From positions 20,933 to 84,932 of the forward strand of contig JAQURX010000004.1 of assembly GCA_028715415.1 (NCBI GenBank): a DNA stretch of 64,000 nt. The letters are read 5' to 3'. A model generated the notes under the pieces. That model was not told the origin of the DNA. It was given only the letters and a program-made list of their open reading frames with translations, and searched no databases. Position numbers and translations under genes: made by a program. Each line of letters begins with the position of its first letter. The first letter of the stretch is position 1. Source of the stretch: Candidatus Omnitrophota bacterium. Lineage in GTDB: Bacteria; Omnitrophota; Gorgyraeia; Gygaellales; Profunditerraquicolaceae. Positions 57,738-64,000 of the stretch are shown one piece after another.

Positions 57738-58895
57738 TTACCTGAAAGTTCTTTTTATTTTATCAGTAAAGCTTTCTTTGTTTATATTATCCCCAGAGGC
57801 TTTGGCAAATTCTTCAATTAAACGCCGCTGCTCCGCATTAAGGCTTTTAGGTATATCCACATCAACCTTAACTAATTCATCTCCAATCCCTTTTGAGTGC
57901 ACATCAGGAATTCCTTTTTCTTTAAGCCTGAATATGCTTCCCGATTGGGTTCCCGCAGGAATCTTCATCTCTACTTTACCGCCTAAAGTCGGGACTTCAA
58001 CTTGAGAGCCCAAAATCGCCTTTGATAAACTTATTTTAATCTCTGTCAAAATATCGTTATTATGCCTTTCAAAAACCGGATGTGGATGGATTTCAATAAC
58101 TACATATAAATCCCCCCTGTTGCCGGCTGTTCCGGATTCACCTTCGCCTCTTACACGCAGGCTTGAACCGGTATCAACCCCAGCAGGAATCTTTACTTTA
58201 ATTTTTCTGGAAACTTTTGTCCGGCCTTCTCCATTACATTCAGAGCAAGGAGTTTGGATTATCGATCCTTCGCCTCCACAGCGGGAACAAGTTTGTGCAA
58301 TTTGAAAAAATCCATTAGAAACTACCGTTCGTCCGCTTCCTTTGCATTGAGGGCAAGTATTTTTCTTGCTTCCGGGCTTTGCACCGGTGCCGGAACAATT
58401 AGAGCAAACTTCATATCTAGGCAAAGTAATTGTTTTCTCTGTACCAGTTGCGGCTTCTTCCAAAGTAATACTTACAGCAACCTCAAGATCCCTTCCCCGT
58501 TTTGCGCGCCTTCCTCCTCGAGTTCTCCCTCCAGAAATATCATACCCAAGGTCGCCGAAGATTTCATCAAACAATCCTCCACCAACGCCAAAATCTCCAA
58601 GATCCTGAAATACGCTGTTAAAATCCGCTCCCTTAAAGATATCTTCATAAGCATATTTCTGGTCGATACCAGAGTGTCCGTATTGATCATAAAGAGCACG
58701 CTTCTGCGAGTCAGAAAGAACCGCATAAGCCTCTGAGATTTCTTTAAATTTTTCCTCAGCTTCTTTTTTCTGCTCATGAGGAACCCTATCAGGATGATAT
58801 TTTAAAACTGCTTCCCTGTAGTTTTTCTTTATCTCATCAAGGCTGGCATTCTTCTGAACACCCAATATTTCATAGTAATCACGCTTAGTAGACAT
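57738..58895 (-). CDS. dnaJ: Chaperone DnaJ (start corrected to the ATG giving [13 protein letters not shown])
   Basis: J-domain with HPD (KYHPDRV), a G/F region, and four CxxCxGxG zinc-finger repeats. Confidence 0.95.
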   Translation of the reverse strand: MSTKRDYYEILGVQKNASLDEIKKNYREAVLKYHPDRVPHEQKKEAEEKFKEISEAYAVLSDSQKRALYDQYGHSGIDQKYAYEDIFKGADFNSVFQDLGDFGVGGGLFDEIFGDLGYDISGGRTRGGRRAKRGRDLEVAVSITLEEAATGTEKTITLPRYEVCSNCSGTGAKPGSKKNTCPQCKGSGRTVVSNGFFQIAQTCSRCGGEGSIIQTPCSECNGEGRTKVSRKIKVKIPAGVDTGSSLRVRGEGESGTAGNRGDLYVVIEIHPHPVFERHNNDILTEIKISLSKAILGSQVEVPTLGGKVEMKIPAGTQSGSIFRLKEKGIPDVHSKGIGDELVKVDVDIPKSLNAEQRRLIEEFAKASGDNINKESFTDKIKRTFR

Positions 58896-58906
58896 GTATT
58901 TAAACC

Positions 58907-58984
58907 GTTTCAAGTTTCAAGTTGCAAGTTTCAAGAAAAACAGTTTCGGCATTCACCTGAAACCTGAAACTTGAAACCTGAAAC
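58907..58984 (-). repeat. Long imperfect inverted repeat built from 4 heptamer units per arm (GTTTCAR on one arm, YTGAAAC on the other) in the dnaK-dnaJ spacer; forms a roughly 29-bp stem in the operon-sense RNA
   Basis: Plus strand reads gtttcaag tttcaag ttgcaag tttcaag ... cctgaaac ctgaaac ttgaaac ctgaaac. In the minus-strand RNA the arms pair with one mismatch and three G-U wobbles. On the other strand the wobbles become A-C mismatches. Confidence 0.7.
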
Positions 58985-58992
58985 ATTCTTAT

Positions 58993-60924
58993 TTATTTCT
59001 TATCATCTTCCTCTTTAAACTCCGCATCAATTACATCATCTTTCTTGCCTTTTTCCTCTGTTGGCCCTTCCTGCTCCTGGCCACCTTGAGGCCCAGCTCC
59101 GCCTGCTTGCTGCTGTTGCTGTTGTTGCTGCTGTTGCTTTTGCGAAGCCTGCTTATAAATTTCTTCGGCTAATTTATGAGAAGCCTTGGTCAGGTCTTCC
59201 ATTCCTTTCTTAATTCTTTCAATATTCTTATCTTTTATCGCAGTCTTTAAATCATTGGCTTTAGCTTCAATATCAGCGCGTTCAGCTTGGCTGACTTTAT
59301 CGCCATAATCTTTCAATGATTTTTCTGTTGCATATACCAGATTATCCGCCTGATTGACTGCTTCAACTTCTTCTTTTTTCTTGGCATCATCCGCTGCAAA
59401 CTTCTCAGCATCCTTAACCATCTTTTCAATTTCTTCCTTAGAAAGTTTCTTAGGAGCGGTAATCCTAATTGATTGTTCCTTACCAGTTCCTAAATCTTTT
59501 GCCAAAACATGCACGATACCATTTGCATCAATATCAAAAGAAACTTCTACTTGAGGAACTCCGCGAGGAGCTGCGGGGATACCCACTAAATCAAACCTTC
59601 CCAACTCAACGTTATCATCTGCCATCTGTCGCTCGCCTTGAAGAACACGAATAGTAACAGCAGTTTGATTATCCGCAGCAGTAGAGAATACCTGTGACTT
59701 ACGAGTTGGAATTGTTGTGTTTCTATCAATTAATTTTGTATTAACCCCGCCTAAAGTTTCAATACCCAAAGACAATGGAGTAACGTCTAACAAAAGAACA
59801 TCCTTTACATCGCCTTTAATAATTGCCGCTTGTATTGCAGCGCCCAAAGCAACGCATTCCATTGGGTCAACGCCACGTTCAATCTTTTTGCCAAAATAAT
59901 CTTCAACAAATTTCTGAACAATGGGCATCCTGGTCGGGCCACCTACCATAATTATTTTATCTACGCCTTTATCGGTAAAACTAACGCCTTCCTTTTCAAA
60001 AGAATTCTTGGCATCTTTTAATGCCTGCTCAAGAGGGCCGCGGCATCTATCAATAATGGGGCCAACTAACTCTTCAAGCTTAGCGCGGTTAATTGACATG
60101 GTTAAATGCTTTGGTCCAGTTGCATCAGCAGTAATAAAAGGAAGATTTATATCAGTAGTTAATGTGCTTGAGAGTTCAACCTTTGCTTTTTCTGCTGCTT
60201 CGCGCAAACGCTGCATTGCCATCTTGTCATTTTTTAAATCAATACCTGTGTCACGCTTAAACTGATTGGCGATATAATCAATTATCACATTATCCATATC
60301 AGTTCCGCCGAGCTGAGTATCTCCACTCGTTGCCATTACTTTAAATCCGCCCTCTTTCCACATTTCCATAATGGTAACGTCAAGAGTTCCTCCACCAAAG
60401 TCAAAAACTAATATTTTTAATTCTTTTCCTGCTTTTTCCAGCCCATATGCAAGGCATGCTGCCGTAGGCTCATTAATAATACGTAAAACTTTTAATCCTG
60501 CAATTTCTCCTGCATCTTTAGTTGCCGTTCTTTGGTTATCATCAAAATAAGCAGGACAAGTGATAACTACTTCTTCTACTTTATCACCTAAATAAGCTTC
60601 TGCATCCTGTTTAACTTTCTGTAAAATAAATGAAGAAATCTGCTGAGGGGAATATTCTTTTCCATAGACCTTAAAGTGATAATCTGAACCCATCTTTCGT
60701 TTAGCTGCCTGGATTGTTCCTTCTGGGTTAATCGCAGCCTGACGCCTTGCGGGTTCTCCAACCAAGCGTTGCCCGTCTTTCGTAAAAGCAACATAAGAAG
60801 GAAATGCTTTTCCTGAAGCAACCCCAGCGCCTTCAGCAGAAGGTATGATTACAGGCCTTCCACCTTCCATAACCGCAGCAGCTGAATTTGAAGTCCCTAA
60901 GTCGATTCCAATAACTTTAGCCAT
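58993..60924 (-). CDS. dnaK: Chaperone DnaK (Hsp70) with C-terminal poly-Gln tract
   Basis: [23 protein letters not shown] and the other Hsp70 signatures. 643 aa. Twelve consecutive Gln lie near the C-terminus. Confidence 0.95.
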   Translation of the reverse strand: MAKVIGIDLGTSNSAAAVMEGGRPVIIPSAEGAGVASGKAFPSYVAFTKDGQRLVGEPARRQAAINPEGTIQAAKRKMGSDYHFKVYGKEYSPQQISSFILQKVKQDAEAYLGDKVEEVVITCPAYFDDNQRTATKDAGEIAGLKVLRIINEPTAACLAYGLEKAGKELKILVFDFGGGTLDVTIMEMWKEGGFKVMATSGDTQLGGTDMDNVIIDYIANQFKRDTGIDLKNDKMAMQRLREAAEKAKVELSSTLTTDINLPFITADATGPKHLTMSINRAKLEELVGPIIDRCRGPLEQALKDAKNSFEKEGVSFTDKGVDKIIMVGGPTRMPIVQKFVEDYFGKKIERGVDPMECVALGAAIQAAIIKGDVKDVLLLDVTPLSLGIETLGGVNTKLIDRNTTIPTRKSQVFSTAADNQTAVTIRVLQGERQMADDNVELGRFDLVGIPAAPRGVPQVEVSFDIDANGIVHVLAKDLGTGKEQSIRITAPKKLSKEEIEKMVKDAEKFAADDAKKKEEVEAVNQADNLVYATEKSLKDYGDKVSQAERADIEAKANDLKTAIKDKNIERIKKGMEDLTKASHKLAEEIYKQASQKQQQQQQQQQQAGGAGPQGGQEQEGPTEEKGKKDDVIDAEFKEEDDKK

Positions 60925-60925
60925 A

Positions 60926-61474
60926 TTATCCTCCCTTTTTGGAAACTTTAACTTTTGAAGTCCTTATAATTCTATCGTTTAATAAATACCCTTTTTGCAA
61001 TTCTTCTACAACTGTGTGATCCGGGAAATTCTTATCTTCAACCTGCATCAATGCTTCGTGGAAATTTGGATCAAATATTTTTCCTTTCGCCTCAATTGGC
61101 TTAACGCCATGTTTCTTAAGCGTCTCATAAAAATGCGCTAAAATCATCTCAACGCCTTTTAAGAATGCCGGCAAATCTTCATGCTTGGCTTGCGCCAATT
61201 CAACTGTGCGTTCCAGATCATCCAAAACATTTAATAGTTCAAAAATAATATCCTCATTAGCAAACTTTATAAAATCCTGCTTTTCTCTTTCTATGCGTTT
61301 ACGCGTATTGTCAACATCTGCCTGCATCCTGAGCATTTTATCCCAAGACTCTTGCCCTTTGGCAGCGTCTTCTTTCAGCTTGAGATACTCAGCTTCTTTA
61401 AGAGTAATAATGTTTTCTTCTTTCTTGTGGTTCTCTTTGTGATTTTCTTTTACGTTTTCTTTATGCTCTTCCAT
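60926..61474 (-). CDS. grpE: Nucleotide exchange factor GrpE
   Basis: 182 aa with a coiled-coil followed by a beta-sheet domain. Position between hrcA and dnaK. Confidence 0.9.
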   Translation of the reverse strand: MEEHKENVKENHKENHKKEENIITLKEAEYLKLKEDAAKGQESWDKMLRMQADVDNTRKRIEREKQDFIKFANEDIIFELLNVLDDLERTVELAQAKHEDLPAFLKGVEMILAHFYETLKKHGVKPIEAKGKIFDPNFHEALMQVEDKNFPDHTVVEELQKGYLLNDRIIRTSKVKVSKKGG

Positions 61475-61475
61475 A

Positions 61476-62213
61476 TTAAATAGTCTCCAAAACCTCTGTT
61501 AAGACGTCCGAGATATAACTTAGAGCAGGAATGATATGATTATATTCCATGCGCATTGGCCCTAATACCGCAAGTTTGCCCGATGGCTTATCTTTTCTGC
61601 GATAATTAGAAACAATTAAAGAACAATTCTCCATCCCCGGACAGCCTAATTCACTGCCTATATAAACCTTAACCTTTTCATTAAAATCCCTGTTAATAAC
61701 ATCCAATAGCCGCTCTTTATCTTCTATCATTTTAATCAATATGCGAATTTTTTCAGAATCATTAAATTCCGGCTGCTCAAGGACACGGCTTAACCCTTTA
61801 TAAAAAAGCTTATCATGCCAATCAAGAAATGAAACTATGCCTGCGTAACGGGTAATCGTAGAAATAATTACTGAAGTGTTTTCAAGAGCGTCTTCCAATC
61901 GCCGCATTTCTTTTTTGTATTCCTTGACTATACAGTCCTTTTCCTCGTCCAATAGCTCCATCTGAGAAATCAAAAAATCAACATAATAGCGATAACCCTT
62001 GCTTGTAGGAATTCTTCCGCCAGAAGTATAAGGATGTGCAAGATAACCTGACTCTTCAAGCTCCGCAAATATATTTCTTATTGTAGCAGAGCTTAAATCA
62101 AATTCTTCCGCAATATCATCCGAAGCAACAGGCGAAGCGTTGCCTATATACCGGTTGATCGCCGCCCTTAAAATTGACCTTCTTCTTGTATCGTAATCTA
62201 CGTTTTTAACCAT
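61476..62213 (-). CDS. hrcA: Heat-inducible transcription repressor HrcA (short form)
   Basis: N-terminal winged helix (SATIRNIFAELEESGYLAHPYTSGGRIPT). It is followed by grpE-dnaK-dnaJ and preceded by a CIRCE element. Confidence 0.8.
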   Translation of the reverse strand: MVKNVDYDTRRRSILRAAINRYIGNASPVASDDIAEEFDLSSATIRNIFAELEESGYLAHPYTSGGRIPTSKGYRYYVDFLISQMELLDEEKDCIVKEYKKEMRRLEDALENTSVIISTITRYAGIVSFLDWHDKLFYKGLSRVLEQPEFNDSEKIRILIKMIEDKERLLDVINRDFNEKVKVYIGSELGCPGMENCSLIVSNYRRKDKPSGKLAVLGPMRMEYNHIIPALSYISDVLTEVLETI

Positions 62214-62227
62214 ATTTTTGCTTTAAA

Positions 62228-62254
62228 TTAGCACTTTTCAATAAAAAGTGCTAG
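62228..62254 (-). promoter_or_regulatory. CIRCE operator (HrcA binding site) in the hrcA leader
   Basis: TTAGCACTT-N9-AAGTGCTAG against the consensus TTAGCACTC-N9-GAGTGCTAA. It lies 14 nt upstream of the hrcA start. Confidence 0.85.
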
Positions 62255-62304
62255 CCGATTCCTCTTTTTCTTTTAACTGCTTACTTCCCATAGGATAAGG
62301 TTAG

Positions 62305-62332
62305 ATTTTATCATAATTCTTTAGTTTGTCAA
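62305..62332 (-). promoter_or_regulatory. Sigma-70-type promoter of the hrcA-grpE-dnaK-dnaJ operon
   Basis: Minus strand reads TTGACA-16 nt-TAAAAT, with TGa immediately before the -10 (extended -10). CIRCE is downstream of the predicted start. Confidence 0.55.
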
Positions 62333-62459
62333 TCCTTTGGATTAACTGTCATCTGGCTTAATGTCATTCCCGCGAAAGCGGGAATCCACGCTATTGCCTG
62401 GATCCCTGCTTTCGCAGGGATGACAAAAGAAACTCAGAAACGACAACAACGCTTCCCGC

Positions 62460-64000
62460 TTAACGAAAAACTATCTTTCCGTCCTTACCTAAATCAGCTA
62501 TTACCTTCTTTCCTTCTTTAAGGCTGCCGTCTAAGAGCTTTACAGAAAGCGGATCCTGCAAACTTCTTTGAATCGCCCTTCTTAGCGGGCGAGCTCCAAA
62601 ATTAACGTCAAAACCGTTCTCTGCAAGATAATCTTTGGCTGCCTGAGATATCTCAAGTTCAATGCCAAGGAGCGCTAATTTCTTATAAAGCGGCTCTAAT
62701 TCAATATCCACAATCTTCCCAATATCGCTTTTTGATAGCGGATTAAATACAATGATATCGTCAATACGGTTTAAGAACTCCGGACGGAAGTATTTTTTTA
62801 CTTCAGATAACAACTTATTTTTAACTTCTTTAAATGCAACATTTTCTTCCTTTTGCGTGCGGAATCCAATTGAGCCATGCTGCTGAATAATTTCAGCACC
62901 GATATTAGAAGTCATAATTATAACCGTATTCTTAAAATTTACCGTCCTTCCTTGTCCGTCAGTTAGCCTGCCATCATCAAGAATCTGGAGCAATAAATTA
63001 AAGACTTCCGGATGAGCCTTTTCTATTTCGTCAAAAAGTATTACTGAATACGGCCTGCGACGCACTTTTTCAGTTAATTGCCCGCCTTCATCATAGCCAA
63101 CATATCCCGGAGGAGCGCCGATTAACCGGGAAACACTGAATTTTTCCATATATTCAGACATATCAATCCTGATTAAAGCATCTTCATCGTCAAACAGAAA
63201 CCAAGCCAAAGTTTTCGCAAGCTTAGTTTTTCCAACTCCTGTAGGCCCCATAAATATAAATGAACCCATAGGCTTTAATTCATCTCCTAATCCGGAACGA
63301 GACCTTCTGACGCAAGATGAAATAACATCAATTGCTTCATCTTGCCCGACAATTTTTGTTTTAAGGCGCTCTTCCATTTGAATAAGCTTTTGGGCATCCT
63401 GCTCCATGAGCTTAGTTAAAGGAATTCCCGTCCATTCGGCAACAACACTTGCCACATCCTCATCACTAACTTCCTGCCTTAACATACCCGATTCCTTATT
63501 AAGCGCTGCGAATTCTTCGTTAAACTTTTTTAGCTCTTTCTCTAATTCAACTAATTTGCCATATTTGATTTCTGCAGCTTTGTCTAAATCTCCGACTTTT
63601 TCCGCATTAACAGCTTCATTCTTAAATTGCTCAATCTTTTCTTTTACTTCCTGAATTTTTACGATAACAGCCTTTTCCTTATCCCACTGTTTTTTCTTTT
63701 GCTCTAAGGTTTTTTTAAGAGAATCAATCTCGGCTTCAATTTTTTTAAGTCTATCCTGAGAAATTTTATCCTTTTCCTTCTTTAATGCCTGTTTTTCAAT
63801 TTCAAGCTGCATGATTTTTCTTTTTGCAGAATCAATCTCAACCGGCATACTATCAATTTCAATTCTTAGACGAGAGGCAGCTTCATCAATTAAATCAACC
63901 GCTTTATCCGGCAAGTGCCTGTCGGTAATATAACGATTTGACAAAGTTGCGGCTGCAATAATCGCAGAATCCTGAATACGCACACCGTGATGAATCTCAT
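62460..64000 (-). CDS. clpB: Chaperone ClpB, C-terminal about 510 aa (middle coiled-coil plus NBD2); the gene starts beyond the window end
   Basis: Coiled-coil M-domain, then second AAA+ module GPTGVGKT ... ILFDEIEKAH ... sensor-2 GARPLRR. The frame stays open to position 64000. Confidence 0.9.
   Translation of the reverse strand, partial: EIHHGVRIQDSAIIAAATLSNRYITDRHLPDKAVDLIDEAASRLRIEIDSMPVEIDSAKRKIMQLEIEKQALKKEKDKISQDRLKKIEAEIDSLKKTLEQKKKQWDKEKAVIVKIQEVKEKIEQFKNEAVNAEKVGDLDKAAEIKYGKLVELEKELKKFNEEFAALNKESGMLRQEVSDEDVASVVAEWTGIPLTKLMEQDAQKLIQMEERLKTKIVGQDEAIDVISSCVRRSRSGLGDELKPMGSFIFMGPTGVGKTKLAKTLAWFLFDDEDALIRIDMSEYMEKFSVSRLIGAPPGYVGYDEGGQLTEKVRRRPYSVILFDEIEKAHPEVFNLLLQILDDGRLTDGQGRTVNFKNTVIIMTSNIGAEIIQQHGSIGFRTQKEENVAFKEVKNKLLSEVKKYFRPEFLNRIDDIIVFNPLSKSDIGKIVDIELEPLYKKLALLGIELEISQAAKDYLAENGFDVNFGARPLRRAIQRSLQDPLSVKLLDGSLKEGKKVIADLGKDGKIVFR

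Noticed and set aside
58907-58984. Possible CRISPR array or tandem repeat family (heptamer repeats)
   Set aside because: Units are only 7 to 8 nt with no spacers and are organised as an inverted repeat forming one hairpin. No cas genes are nearby. Not CRISPR.

Overview
AT-rich bacterial chromosomal segment in which 60 of about 61 genes sit on the minus strand. An LptD homologue and a large putative beta-barrel protein with a C-terminal aromatic residue indicate a diderm cell envelope. The cluster at 860..7725 suggests anaerobic Wood-Ljungdahl-type metabolism. Candidate-phylum assignment (for example Omnitrophota-like) would be inference only.

Most of the window is housekeeping, reading from high to low coordinates on the minus strand:
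- clpB (partial, runs off the window end)
- hrcA-grpE-dnaK-dnaJ heat-shock operon with a CIRCE operator
- fmdB-type zinc ribbon, vanZ, DUF1015, accD, an orphan MalK-like ABC ATPase
- two membrane GGDEF proteins, ROK glucokinase, transaldolase, lptD
- a nucleotide-sugar block (ugd, a TviB/WbpA-like dehydrogenase, a WbpP-like epimerase, UDP-xylose synthase)
- cvpA, nif3, dnaG-rpoD, a PAS-GGDEF-HD-GYP protein, a lipoprotein
- a tRNA-Met/tRNA-Val/zinc-ribbon/RNase HI/RNase P RNA cluster
- yebC-ruvC-ruvA, scpB, an aromatic amino-acid block (pheA-hisC-aroF-tyrA), cmk, lepA-lepB-pgsA-plsY
- a small structured locus, a 941-aa TPR plus beta-barrel outer-membrane protein, gatCAB, ctpA, a YibQ deacetylase, tsaD, mgtC
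- a pair of HTH_17 proteins, one fused to a bactofilin domain, then a LarB-like and an FmdE-like protein
- the corrinoid/methyl module of the acetyl-CoA pathway (acsC, RACo, cooC, acsD, acsE), dgkA and the N-terminus of a sensor histidine kinase.

The only plus-strand gene is a 1080-aa GH94-like protein.

RNA genes missed by the ORF track are a type-A RNase P RNA (33108..33568), tRNA-Val and tRNA-Met.

The main second-look items are:
- the bactofilin-HTH fusion pair
- the CODH/ACS-less acs module with LarB and FmdE-like neighbours
- the giant TPR-barrel outer-membrane protein beside the GH94-like gene
- a 29-bp strand-specific stem built from heptamer repeats between dnaK and dnaJ
- a GC-rich structured leader upstream of a small ORF bracketed by two terminators
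- the RNase P RNA / RNase HI / zinc-ribbon / tRNA cluster.

All calls come from reading the translated ORFs and the nucleotide sequence by eye; no searches were run.
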